Positions 18,256 through 27,891 of a DNA stretch of 64,000 nucleotides are shown here, piece after piece; the first letter of the stretch is position 1; each line of letters starts with the position of its first letter. The DNA is from a virus, in IMG/VR virus record IMGVR_UViG_3300023444_000001, positions 17,938 to 81,937 of that record. One strand, written 5' to 3'. A model generated the notes under the pieces. That model did not search any database. It saw nothing but the letters and a program-made list of their open reading frames with translations, and was not told where the DNA came from. A program made the position numbers and the translations under genes.

Positions 18256-18789
18256 TTAATACCTTATTATCAAAAACTTCTCTGGGGTAACCTCATAATG
18301 ATCCAAATATGCTTGTGAAGAATAGCAATTCCTTTTAACCCAAATTTTCTTGGTCAGCATATCTCCAGACAGATTTACAGTCAAATCATACTTTTCCGAT
18401 CCATAAGCAAAAGTCCATAATGATCCAGAATATGCACCATTCACTGCCACATTCATTACTGCTCTATAAACTGCTTGATGATGATTTCCATTATATTCTC
18501 CATATTCTCCATGCGAAACAACTAATTCTGGTAAAATATCTTGTATTTTACTTGAAACAAGACTCATAATTTTTTCTATATCACAAAGAGAAGATTGTTT
18601 CAATTCCCCATACAAAGACTTAAATCCTAAAATTTCAGAGGCTTTATTAAATTCTGATTTTCTAATAGAACAATCTTTCGTATTAAGACCTAAAACATAT
18701 ACTTCAGAAAAAGAAGCAAAAACTTGAATCAATCCTCCAGCAAAAATTGTCTCGTCATCAAGATGGGCCACTATAATCAAAACCTTCAT
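18256..18789 (-). CDS. PIG-L/LmbE-family N-deacetylase
   Basis: VAHLDDET, RKSE, SHGEYGEYNGNHH, YSSQ. Confidence 0.85.
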   Translation of the reverse strand: MKVLIIVAHLDDETIFAGGLIQVFASFSEVYVLGLNTKDCSIRKSEFNKASEILGFKSLYGELKQSSLCDIEKIMSLVSSKIQDILPELVVSHGEYGEYNGNHHQAVYRAVMNVAVNGAYSGSLWTFAYGSEKYDLTVNLSGDMLTKKIWVKRNCYSSQAYLDHYEVTPEKFLIIRY

Positions 18790-19375
18790 TTTCTTTTTCC
18801 AATATTTTGCAAGAAAATATCAATCCACGAGGAAAATATTCATACAAAACATCCTCCCGTATAACATATCCAAAAAGATAAAAACTTTCCTCAAAATGAA
18901 ATCTATCTTCATGGGCTAAAACTATAAATTGAGGTTTCATTAAGACTATCTTCTTTATTCCTTCCTCATATTTATCTTCAAAAAAATACAAGACTTCCGA
19001 CAAAATCACTGTTGTCCAATATCCTATTTCATCCTCTATATTATCTTTCAAAATATCTTTTTTTTCAAATTCAATAAGCCCTTCAACCCAATATTTTTCC
19101 TTTGCTTCTTCAATCCATTTATCAACTTTATCCCATCCTTTGACATACCTTCCCGGAAGCAATGAAGTTAAATTTCCCTGACAACAACCAATCTCCAGCG
19201 TATTACCTTCAAAAATCTCTTTTACTCGCCTTAATAATCTATTCAACCAAATGGCCCGTAAAGAAAAGAGATTGAATCCTTCTGACCCAACCACACTCAT
19301 ATCCCAGGCACTATCTTTAGTAATTTGATCTGAGTAATCAATATTAGTCCAAAGATTATTCTTTATGTCTTTCAT
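18758..19375 (-). CDS. Class I SAM-dependent methyltransferase
   Basis: LEIGCCQG, GWD, VILSEVLYF. Confidence 0.8.
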   Translation of the reverse strand: MKDIKNNLWTNIDYSDQITKDSAWDMSVVGSEGFNLFSLRAIWLNRLLRRVKEIFEGNTLEIGCCQGNLTSLLPGRYVKGWDKVDKWIEEAKEKYWVEGLIEFEKKDILKDNIEDEIGYWTTVILSEVLYFFEDKYEEGIKKIVLMKPQFIVLAHEDRFHFEESFYLFGYVIREDVLYEYFPRGLIFSCKILEKENEGFDYSGPS

Positions 19376-20172
19376 ATCGAATATACAACCTTAAATCTAC
19401 GCCGTTCTATTTCTGAACAAATCAATATTTGTCTTCCATCATCAGAGCATAAAATTCGATCTTCTCCAAATACTCCAAAACCTTTTTTCACAGTAAAACG
19501 TTCTCCTCTTTTACAAAAGCATCCACAAACCCATCCATCCTCTAATATTTCTACTTGTTCTCCAACTCGAAGAAAACATTCTTGTGGTTTAATATAATAT
19601 CCTATTCCACACTGATGATTGCTTTCATCAATTTCAATTCCATTATATTTGGCTTTTATTTCCCTCCACAAAACCGGAACCTCAAATTCACTTTTATTTC
19701 CACAGTCAAAAATATTGTGAAACGCAATTATTCCTTCAGATCTAACTAAAGGAGTATATAATTCATAATCTCTTCTTGCACAAACTATATCATGATTTCC
19801 ATCAATAAAAAGAGCATCAACAAAATCTTCTCCAACTATTTTCTTAATCATACCAGATAAAATAACCGGAGAAGACTCTCTTATTGAATCTAAATTCAAA
19901 TAAATCGGCCAATATTTTGGATCGTTCCCAATCCATTTTGCTTTACATATATCAATATCAATACTAAACACCCAATCACAAACATGACAAAAAGCCCAAG
20001 CAGTATATCCTTGACTTGCTCCTATTTCAACTAAAACCTTTGGCTCTATTCCTTTCAAAATATTCAAAAATACAAATAATTCTCTTGAATTTTGTTCCCC
20101 TCCTAAACTTTCAGAACGTTCTGCTATTTTCCACAATTCTTTCATATTCCATGATTTAACCATTACATCCAC
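19372..20172 (-). CDS. Methyltransf_24-like SAM methyltransferase
   Basis: LVEIGASQG, SIDID, DALFIDGNH, GIIAFHN. Confidence 0.82.
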   Translation of the reverse strand: MDVMVKSWNMKELWKIAERSESLGGEQNSRELFVFLNILKGIEPKVLVEIGASQGYTAWAFCHVCDWVFSIDIDICKAKWIGNDPKYWPIYLNLDSIRESSPVILSGMIKKIVGEDFVDALFIDGNHDIVCARRDYELYTPLVRSEGIIAFHNIFDCGNKSEFEVPVLWREIKAKYNGIEIDESNHQCGIGYYIKPQECFLRVGEQVEILEDGWVCGCFCKRGERFTVKKGFGVFGEDRILCSDDGRQILICSEIERRRFKVVYSI

Positions 20173-21161
20173 CTTCCAAGCAACCTTGTATATCCTTCTT
20201 TCATAACAGCAAAAGAATAATTCTCTCTAATAAATTCTCTATTTACATCAATAAATCCATCCCAACTTTTAACTGCTGTTTCAAGGCACTGATATACTGT
20301 TTCATCATCAGCAAACAGTACTTTCTTTCCCTTAATATGAAAATAATCTGGAATATTTGGCAAAACTAAAGCCCTTCCTGAAGCCATAGCCTCTAAAGCC
20401 GGATATGAAAAAGTATCAGTCAACGAATAATTCCAATATACCTTCGATTCCATAAATGCTTGAGCCATCTCATTTCTATTCAAACTAAACCGTGTCTCAA
20501 CGTTAGACAAATTCAATGCTTCAACCTTCTTAGCCTCTTCTTCCCAAGGAAAAACAAGCAAAAACTTTATTTTCTTCAAATCTCTAATTATACTTAATAC
20601 TTCATCTATTCTTCTAATTAGATGCCAATGCCCAGTCCATAAAACATCAAATTTTATGGGTCTCTCCCTGTCTACGCCAAAAGTTTGGAGGTCAATACAC
20701 AATGGAATTACAACTAATTCTTTTGGAATAGCATAAGGAAAGACCCGAATTATCCTTTCAATACATTCCTTTGTTGGAACAACCATTAACGGTAATTCAA
20801 ACATGAATTGTCTCATTTCACTAATTGCTTTCTTATCCCATAAATGGGGAATATAATGAGCATAATAAATCGTTTTATCATACCATAAAGACAAAAACCT
20901 ATATCCCAAATTTCCATAAAAGACTACATCTGGACATATTTTCTCTAATTTCTGCAATACAGACCAATAATTCACCAAAGCATTTTTTTCATATTCCCAT
21001 TTTGAATCCTTATTTTCCAACAAATTTGTCTTAATCTCAGATTTCACAAGAGAAAATTCTATACCTAACTCCTCACAAATTCTCTTTATCTGAAGGATAA
21101 ATGTATGATGACCTCCAGTCTTTTCTGCTTGCATTTTCTGCGTAACATAAACTACTTTCAT
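20163..21161 (-). CDS. GT4 (GT-B) glycosyltransferase
   Basis: GG near the N-terminus; SLTDTFSYPALEAMASG matches the E-x7-E-type GT4 motif. Confidence 0.82.
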   Translation of the reverse strand: MKVVYVTQKMQAEKTGGHHTFILQIKRICEELGIEFSLVKSEIKTNLLENKDSKWEYEKNALVNYWSVLQKLEKICPDVVFYGNLGYRFLSLWYDKTIYYAHYIPHLWDKKAISEMRQFMFELPLMVVPTKECIERIIRVFPYAIPKELVVIPLCIDLQTFGVDRERPIKFDVLWTGHWHLIRRIDEVLSIIRDLKKIKFLLVFPWEEEAKKVEALNLSNVETRFSLNRNEMAQAFMESKVYWNYSLTDTFSYPALEAMASGRALVLPNIPDYFHIKGKKVLFADDETVYQCLETAVKSWDGFIDVNREFIRENYSFAVMKEGYTRLLGRWM

Positions 21162-21173
21162 ACTTCAGTCTCC

Positions 21174-21875
21174 TCAAGCAATAATTTTTTTCACACTTAA
21201 AATATCATTGCATCTCTCTTTATCATAATATCCTATTTTAGCCCTTTTAACATATTCATCAAATAAAAAACTTTCTGCAGGCCACATTGCAAAATTATTT
21301 CTCAACTCATCTTCTGAAAAAAATCCATAAAGACCAAAAAATCTCCTTAAACAGGCTGGACAATTTCCACAATGTCCAAAATTTCCATTATAACATGACA
21401 CAGTGCTCAACAATACATCTTTAGGATACTTACTTTTTAAGTACCAACTTATTATCCTTCTTTTAGTCCAAAAGAGAAAAGGAGAAAAAATTTCTATTTT
21501 TTTCTCCTTTCCGAGTTTTGTCAAACATTCAGATAAAATCTTATTTGCTTGTTTTCCTTTATCCTCAACTTTATCACCACAAATACCAATAAGCCCAATT
21601 TTATTTCCGTAATTGGCCGCTATTGTACAAAGAATTATATTTCTCCACGGAATATAAAAATCCTTTCTTTCCCAATTTCTACCATAATTTTTAGCCGAGT
21701 CATCAATCAATAAATCCATCCCAACTTTCTCTGCTATCATTTTAACAGCAAACTTTTCCTTTTCTATATATTTGCTTCCAATATCAACAAATAAAACTGA
21801 GGGTTTGTCAAGATACCACCATGCACAATATGAATCTACTCCCCCACTAAAAAGCAAAATCAAATCTTGTGGCAT
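21174..21875 (-). CDS. queC: 7-cyano-7-deazaguanine synthase-like protein
   Basis: LLFSGGVDS PP-loop, IPWRN, SCY...HCGNCPACLRR Zn site. Confidence 0.88.
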   Translation of the reverse strand: MPQDLILLFSGGVDSYCAWWYLDKPSVLFVDIGSKYIEKEKFAVKMIAEKVGMDLLIDDSAKNYGRNWERKDFYIPWRNIILCTIAANYGNKIGLIGICGDKVEDKGKQANKILSECLTKLGKEKKIEIFSPFLFWTKRRIISWYLKSKYPKDVLLSTVSCYNGNFGHCGNCPACLRRFFGLYGFFSEDELRNNFAMWPAESFLFDEYVKRAKIGYYDKERCNDILSVKKIIA

Positions 21876-21949
21876 ACAATATTATCCTTATCTTTGATTC
21901 TTCAAAACCATCTTTGTATTCATAAAAGTAAAATTTCTCTTAATTTATC

Positions 21950-22867
21950 CTATCCTCTATAATCATGAGTTAATACCTTATTCTTTGGTTCTGACCATTC
22001 TAATTGAACCTTGTGATTGTAATAACATCCACTACAATTTTTTACCGATTCTATCCATTGTTGTTTGTATTTTTTCAAATCCCAGGAAAAAATATCAAAA
22101 GAAAACTGACCAAATACATCGTTACACGCAAGAATTTTTCCATCGCAATCTATTATCAAATAATCCGGCTTGGAACAATGCCAAGATAAATTCCAATATT
22201 TGGGCAAACCCTCAAAATAATCGCGAATATTGTGGATTTTAAGCCCCTCATCAATTAACTTAAGTCCTATCTTTCTTATCTTTTTCGCTTGCTCAAAATT
22301 GATAGCAAGATCATTTTTGAACCTAAATTCTCCATCTCCACTGTGAACTATTCCTGCTATAATCCAAATTCCCTTTGAATCAAAAAATCTTACTATATCT
22401 TCAAATTCTAAATAATTTTCCTTCGTCAATATAACATTCGCTGTTCTATCCCCTATATGAGTATTTTTAACCAATGCTCTTTTCCCCATTACAGCCTTAT
22501 ACAAATCTGCCTTTTCTTTTCTTAAACTTAAAATGGGTTTACCATCATTTCTCTCTTTTAATGTATCCACAGAACAAGTTAAACTCTTCAAATTATCAGG
22601 AACAATTCTTGTTCCATTTGTAATAACAGTATATGGAATATCAAGATTATTAACTTCATCTACAATTTCTCTAAAATCCTTTCTTAAAAGAGGCTCTCCG
22701 CCAAACAAAACCAAGATTTCCGGATCAATTTTCTTGATGATTCTCAAAACATCAAAAATTTTATCTTTTGATAATTCATTCTTTATTCCCCTTCTTGGAA
22801 CTCTACAATATCTACACCGGATATTGCATCTTCGAGTCAAATATAGACAAACTTCCCTTATCATCAT
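21950..22867 (-). CDS. Radical SAM enzyme with SPASM/Twitch-like C-terminus
   Basis: CNIRCRYC, GGEP, TNG, C-terminal HC...AC...CSGC. Confidence 0.88.
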   Translation of the reverse strand: MMIREVCLYLTRRCNIRCRYCRVPRRGIKNELSKDKIFDVLRIIKKIDPEILVLFGGEPLLRKDFREIVDEVNNLDIPYTVITNGTRIVPDNLKSLTCSVDTLKERNDGKPILSLRKEKADLYKAVMGKRALVKNTHIGDRTANVILTKENYLEFEDIVRFFDSKGIWIIAGIVHSGDGEFRFKNDLAINFEQAKKIRKIGLKLIDEGLKIHNIRDYFEGLPKYWNLSWHCSKPDYLIIDCDGKILACNDVFGQFSFDIFSWDLKKYKQQWIESVKNCSGCYYNHKVQLEWSEPKNKVLTHDYRG

Positions 22868-23012
22868 TCCAAACCAAAATTAAGAGTTGAACACCTGCCT
22901 TACTATCCTTATAATTCTTAAAATAAGCCGCACAGTAAGGTTTTCTTTTCAAAAAGGTATATTGAGTAGAAGAATAATAAAAACCTTCCTCAGACGTTTG
23001 AAACAAGGTCAT
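22812..23012 (-). CDS. Hypothetical protein
   Basis: Short ORF filling the gap; ATGA overlap with the GT2 gene. Confidence 0.4.
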   Translation of the reverse strand: MTLFQTSEEGFYYSSTQYTFLKRKPYCAAYFKNYKDSKAGVQLLILVWNDDKGSLSIFDSKMQYPV

Positions 23013-23959
23013 TTATATATTCTCCCTTGAGATACAACCTCTCTTGCCATTCTTGTTTCTATCATAGCCTGTGGTATAAATTTCCAAGGTCTCTCCAAAA
23101 ACCCAGTTACGAGAAAATCATCCTCAACCCAAATTTCCAAATTTTTCTCTCTTGCCATATTCCAAATATCCCAAACTCTTTTATTCTCATTAAATCCCAT
23201 CCCATAGTAAAATCCTATTGGAAAAACAAAATAAGCATCAAACCCAGGCACATAATCATTCTTTTCCCATAGAATCTGAACTCTCTTATTTCTATAATTT
23301 AATTTCGATTGGATCAACCTATGAACTCTACAATGATCCCATTGAACATCTAACCGAGGATAAGCCTTTCCCAATTCAGCCACTATTTTATCCACAAACT
23401 TAAACTTAACATCCGAAAAATAATGAAGATTTAACCACATACAGTAATCTTCAGCACCTTGAAACTTTGGATTAAATGGAAATCTCATAAATATACTTTT
23501 ATCGGCTATAGCCGCTCCAATTGAAATTCCATTGAACCAATTAAGCCAAGACCTCCATACATCTTCTCTCGGATCAGGTATTTTTCTTCCCCTATATAAA
23601 CAGGAAAAATAACAAACAGTATTTGGCTCACAAGCCTCAAACATATCCTTTACCACTTTGGGAGAAGTAAATACATCATCAGAATCTCGCAATAGAATAA
23701 ATCTTCCTCTCGCTGATTTTATTCCAAAATTTCTTGCCTCAGACAAACCATGATTTTTTTCCCATCCAACCAAGTTCCATAATACACCTTTAAGATTCTC
23801 TTCAACTATATCTTTTATTTCAGGCCCTCCATCGCGAACAATTATAACTTCAAAATTTACTCCCCTTTGAAAACTTAATGACCTTAATACCTTTTTGAAC
23901 ATATCCTTACGCCAATCAGAATCTATTAAAACAGGAATAATTACTGATACATCTATCAT
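23009..23959 (-). CDS. GT2 (GT-A) glycosyltransferase
   Basis: VSVIIP, EVIIVRDG, GLSEARNFG, DSDD, EDY. Confidence 0.88.
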   Translation of the reverse strand: MIDVSVIIPVLIDSDWRKDMFKKVLRSLSFQRGVNFEVIIVRDGGPEIKDIVEENLKGVLWNLVGWEKNHGLSEARNFGIKSARGRFILLRDSDDVFTSPKVVKDMFEACEPNTVCYFSCLYRGRKIPDPREDVWRSWLNWFNGISIGAAIADKSIFMRFPFNPKFQGAEDYCMWLNLHYFSDVKFKFVDKIVAELGKAYPRLDVQWDHCRVHRLIQSKLNYRNKRVQILWEKNDYVPGFDAYFVFPIGFYYGMGFNENKRVWDIWNMAREKNLEIWVEDDFLVTGFLERPWKFIPQAMIETRMAREVVSQGRIYK

Positions 23960-23962
23960 CTT

Positions 23963-24538
23963 TCACTCTCCATTCTTATGCAGAAACAAATTCATAGCCT
24001 CTTCCTTCGGAAAATTTTCCCCTCTAATTGCACTCGTAGTAACTACAACTCCAGGCTCTTTAATTCCTCTCATTTGCATACATAAATGCTGACCTTGAAG
24101 AACAACCATCACTCCAAAAGCGTCTAAAACATCAAAAAGAAAATTTGCAATTTCTTGGGTCATTTCCTCCTGTACTTGAGGCTTTTTGGCAAAATACTTG
24201 ATTATTCTTACTACTTTAGATAATCCAACATACTTGGCATCAGGAAGGTATGCTACGTAAGCCTTTCCAAAAAATGGCAAAAAATGGTGGCTACACACAG
24301 AATAAAACGAAATATCCGAAAATACTATGAGTTGATTATATTGCTCCCTATTGGGAAAAACAGTAATTTTATCTAATTCTGACTTATCCCACATGGCCCC
24401 ACAAATATCAAAAAGCATCATATGAGCCCATCTTTTTGGGGTATCTTTCAAATTAGGCAAAGTTAAATCAAATCCCAAAATATCAAGAATATCTGAAAAC
24501 TTCTCTTCTAATTGTCTTTCAATCTTTAATGTGTTCAT
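23963..24538 (-). CDS. folE: GTP cyclohydrolase I
   Basis: DTPKR, SVCSHHFLPFFG, GLSK, PQVQE, HLCMQMRG. Confidence 0.95.
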   Translation of the reverse strand: MNTLKIERQLEEKFSDILDILGFDLTLPNLKDTPKRWAHMMLFDICGAMWDKSELDKITVFPNREQYNQLIVFSDISFYSVCSHHFLPFFGKAYVAYLPDAKYVGLSKVVRIIKYFAKKPQVQEEMTQEIANFLFDVLDAFGVMVVLQGQHLCMQMRGIKEPGVVVTTSAIRGENFPKEEAMNLFLHKNGE

Positions 24539-24773
24539 CTATTTTCTTCAAAATCCCCAAAACTGCTGAACTATCTCTAAAAACCATTCCTGTAAAAGTC
24601 TTAGGACAATCGTCTGGTGATCCAAATTTACAAAAAGGTTCAAAATTATTCACTTCAACTATTGACCTTTGACACAAACAATTTCTAAAAGAATTAACTC
24701 TTAAAATTTGAACTGGAATTTTTTCAAAATTCAAAAGTAAAATATCAACCTCTGAACTTTTATTCTCATTCAT
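24519..24773 (-). CDS. Hypothetical Cys-containing protein
   Basis: ORF overlapping both neighbours. Confidence 0.5.
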   Translation of the reverse strand: MNENKSSEVDILLLNFEKIPVQILRVNSFRNCLCQRSIVEVNNFEPFCKFGSPDDCPKTFTGMVFRDSSAVLGILKKIDEHIKD

Positions 24774-25483
24774 TTTAACCCCACAAACTTATGAACTTGG
24801 GGGATTATTCTAACCGGATAATTTCTAAAATCCCAATTACTTAAAATATCTTTACAAAATGATTTTCCTTTGCTCCACTCAGGTTGAAATACAACAGAAA
24901 TAAAACTTGGAATATCCTCAAGAATATTCTTAACTTCTTCCATATCTCTCTTTTTTGTCAAAACAAACTTAACTTGCCCACTAAATAATCCTTCCTTCAT
25001 ATATAATTTCCAATTATCATTCAATTTTCTTTCTATTTTACTGTTTCCAGAATTTTTTAATTTCGGAGAAAGTGACCAAAAATCTACCCAAGGAAGCAAT
25101 GAACTATCAAAAAAAGTCCCATTTGTTTCTATTACTACCCAGTTAAACAACCCCTTATCTTTTCCCTCATAAATAAATTTTTCCAGAAATCTACTTTGAA
25201 GTAAAGGCTCTCCACCTGTAATAACTAAACTTTTTGTCTTCCATCTTCCATCAAAATATCCAAACAATTCCTCTTTACTTACTTCATCAAACAAAGAATA
25301 CTCTGTATCACACCAACTACACTTAAGGTTACATCCCGCCAAACGAATAAAAATACTTGCTTCTCCAACTATTATTCCTTCTCCTTGTATAGAAAAAAAT
25401 GGCTCTTTTGCTAATTCTAACCTATTTTTAGCCCGAGTCAATTCCCTCTTCCCTCCATTTCTTTTAACTCCAATATTCAACAT
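24770..25483 (-). CDS. queE: 7-carboxy-7-deazaguanine synthase
   Basis: FFSIQGEG, FIRLAGCNLKCSWCDT, TGGEP, ETNG, SPK, QVHK. Confidence 0.93.
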   Translation of the reverse strand: MLNIGVKRNGGKRELTRAKNRLELAKEPFFSIQGEGIIVGEASIFIRLAGCNLKCSWCDTEYSLFDEVSKEELFGYFDGRWKTKSLVITGGEPLLQSRFLEKFIYEGKDKGLFNWVVIETNGTFFDSSLLPWVDFWSLSPKLKNSGNSKIERKLNDNWKLYMKEGLFSGQVKFVLTKKRDMEEVKNILEDIPSFISVVFQPEWSKGKSFCKDILSNWDFRNYPVRIIPQVHKFVGLK

Positions 25484-25835
25484 AATGTTTAGAGGATTCC
25501 CAAAGACGTACTTTATCTAACGTGACTTCTACTTGAGAAAAATCTAACTTCTGTTTGAATCTCTTATAAATCCATTCAGCAAAATTTTCTGCGGTAGGAT
25601 TACAAGAGACAACTTCATTTAGAAACTTGTGATCTAACTCTACGTCAACTATCTCCTTCAACATATCAGAAAAATCAGAAAAATTCCAAACAACCCCATT
25701 AGACTTAACAGTTTCAGATATTATAAATACTTCTACTTTCCATGTATGCCCATGCAAATTAGTACATTTTCCAAATTCTTTTCCTTTTAACTGATGGGCA
25801 GAATCAAATTCTTGACTTATTCGTAACCTAATCAT
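25464..25835 (-). CDS. queD: 6-carboxytetrahydropterin synthase
   Basis: FDSAH, CTNLHGHTW, LDHKFLN, PTAEN, LWES. Confidence 0.93.
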   Translation of the reverse strand: MIRLRISQEFDSAHQLKGKEFGKCTNLHGHTWKVEVFIISETVKSNGVVWNFSDFSDMLKEIVDVELDHKFLNEVVSCNPTAENFAEWIYKRFKQKLDFSQVEVTLDKVRLWESSKHYVEYWS

Positions 25836-25844
25836 TTCATCTCC

Positions 25845-26117
25845 TCACTTGATAATAATATCTAAAATTATAGCCGATTTTTTGACGCTATCAATTTCTA
25901 CATCCTTAAATCCTGGCCGAATAAAAACATCCCTACCTTGAGAAGCCAAAATTGAACGTGCAATAATTATACCTTTAACCGCTTGATTTACACTTCCAGC
26001 CCCAACAGACAATAAACTTACATCATGTCTTTCCTCGTAAGTCTTTACAATAGCCCCAGCCAAACTGTGTGCATTTGATTTTGCCGCAACTCGCATTTCC
26101 ACTTTATCCTGATTCAT
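25845..26117 (-). CDS. spoVS: Stage V sporulation protein S-like (Alba-like fold)
   Basis: RVAAKSNAHSLAGAI...VGAGSVNQAVKGIIIAR...PGF matches the SpoVS consensus. Confidence 0.9.
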   Translation of the reverse strand: MNQDKVEMRVAAKSNAHSLAGAIVKTYEERHDVSLLSVGAGSVNQAVKGIIIARSILASQGRDVFIRPGFKDVEIDSVKKSAIILDIIIK

Positions 26118-26123
26118 CTGAAA

Positions 26124-26585
26124 CTAATCTCCCTCCGCATACTCAATATTTCCTCTGCGAGTAATTTCCCTTGATAACAATGCAGTAGCCTTTTCACACC
26201 CCGAACAAATAACCTTAAAATATCTCAATTTCCCTGATTCAACATCTAATCTCTTCTTCAAAAATATAACATCTTTTCTGGTATTAGCAAAAGCCTTTCT
26301 ATCCGAAACATTCTTAAATTCCTCCTGACACTTTTTAGACAATAAAGCCTCTTGATAAGCCGCATCTAATGCCGATGTCAAAATAGAAACTACTACCTCT
26401 AATTTAACTCTTTGATAATCGGCCCAAATCCCAAACTTAACAAATCTTCCATGTAAAAATCCAATTTCTTTAGAAGATAAAACAGTTATATCTTCCGGTA
26501 ATTCTGGCATTTTTGACTTTTTAGGTTCTTCTAACTCTGACTCCTTCAAATATTTCTTTATTTCATGTTCTATTTCAAATTCCAT
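26124..26585 (-). CDS. Helical protein, possible UvsY-like recombination mediator
   Basis: Coiled-coil character ending LSREITRR; recombination-gene context. Confidence 0.4.
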   Translation of the reverse strand: MEFEIEHEIKKYLKESELEEPKKSKMPELPEDITVLSSKEIGFLHGRFVKFGIWADYQRVKLEVVVSILTSALDAAYQEALLSKKCQEEFKNVSDRKAFANTRKDVIFLKKRLDVESGKLRYFKVICSGCEKATALLSREITRRGNIEYAEGD

Positions 26586-26605
26586 AGTAAACTACTGCCT
26601 TTCTT

Positions 26606-27604
26606 TTACTTCAAACAAAACAAATAACTCAATGCCTTTCTGCTTCCATCAAGGTCAAAATTCAAAGTCTGCTTAATAACTTTTTTACCCCATCCACATC
26701 CCTCCTTTTCTCTAATTATCAAAGTTTTTGCGTTCCACAAACCTTCAATAAACTCATCAATCGCTTTAGACTTAATCGAAGCAAGATTTTCCTCTCCTTG
26801 AACATTCCCCATTGGTATTCCAAGAAGGGAAGAATGTTTTTCCGACCAACGAATTGGCAATTTAACCCATTTATCCGAAGAATCAAAATGATACTCAACC
26901 TTCATACATTCACCCGGATTGCACCAATACCCAAACTGAATTTCAATCTTTAACTCCCCCTTACTATCGCACCAAAACTCAAGGTATTCCGCCAATTTTC
27001 TTCCTTTCATCTGTTCTTCCATATACGTCTTATATCTTTCTTCTTCAGTTTGAGAATAATAATCCTTTTTCTCTTCCTTTTTTGCATTCAATAATACTTT
27101 AGTGCCTACTTTACTTGCCTCAATTACCTCTTTAGTAAATTTAACTCCACCTGGAACTTCAAAAAGTCCTGATCTTGCATGATCTAATTCAACGAAAAAA
27201 TTCATTTCTTCTGAATTAAGAGATACTCGCTTTCTCTTCTCATTCAACATAGCAAAAATAGAATCCCCTAAAGGAGAACATCTCAAATCCACTGTCCATG
27301 AATCATATTTTGGCTCTACCAAATCCCTCAAGGCATTTACACTTGCCTTCTCCTCCTGTAACTCTCTTTGTATGCCCCGCATTATCTCTAATCTCTCATT
27401 CTCAGGAAGAGTGTACTTCCTTTCCATTTCAATAGAATGCTCTAAATCATAAAGCCATCTTTCAACTGGCCCCATTTCAGATGGGTCTTTCTTATCCCAG
27501 TCAAAAGATGATCCTTCCAGATTAGAAGTTGAATCTTGAGCAAAGCCAAGACTTGAGAATACCATCGCTACAATTACAACTAAACTTAAAAATACAGTTT
27601 TCAT
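26606..27604 (-). CDS. Secreted/periplasmic hypothetical protein
   Basis: Signal peptide MKTVFLSLVVIVAMVFSSLGFA. Confidence 0.65.
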   Translation of the reverse strand: MKTVFLSLVVIVAMVFSSLGFAQDSTSNLEGSSFDWDKKDPSEMGPVERWLYDLEHSIEMERKYTLPENERLEIMRGIQRELQEEKASVNALRDLVEPKYDSWTVDLRCSPLGDSIFAMLNEKRKRVSLNSEEMNFFVELDHARSGLFEVPGGVKFTKEVIEASKVGTKVLLNAKKEEKKDYYSQTEEERYKTYMEEQMKGRKLAEYLEFWCDSKGELKIEIQFGYWCNPGECMKVEYHFDSSDKWVKLPIRWSEKHSSLLGIPMGNVQGEENLASIKSKAIDEFIEGLWNAKTLIIREKEGCGWGKKVIKQTLNFDLDGSRKALSYLFCLK

Positions 27605-27621
27605 TTCAACAACTCCTGAAG

Positions 27622-27891
27622 TTAAACCTTGAACTTACCTCTATTTCTCACAACATCAATTTTAGGTTTTACAATTTGAATCCTGCTATTTTTCAAATGA
27701 GCCATAAGAATCAAAGCCAATTTCTCAAATTTCAAATCCTCCTCTACTTGTCTGCATAATTCTCTAATCTCTTCAATAGAAGCCGCCCTTACAATATTCT
27801 CTGAAGAAATTTCCTGCAACACAACTCTACCTGAAGTTTCCTTGAATAAAGCAATTCCATATTCAAATTTCTTCTCACTATTCTTACTCAT
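27622..27891 (-). CDS. Hypothetical protein
   Basis: ATGA-coupled to the Cas4-like gene. Confidence 0.6.
   Translation of the reverse strand: MSKNSEKKFEYGIALFKETSGRVVLQEISSENIVRAASIEEIRELCRQVEEDLKFEKLALILMAHLKNSRIQIVKPKIDVVRNRGKFKV

Noticed and set aside
21174-25835. Host-type tRNA queuosine operon
   Set aside because: No queF, queA or queG; the TGT-like gene is of the phage DpdA type and the context is viral.
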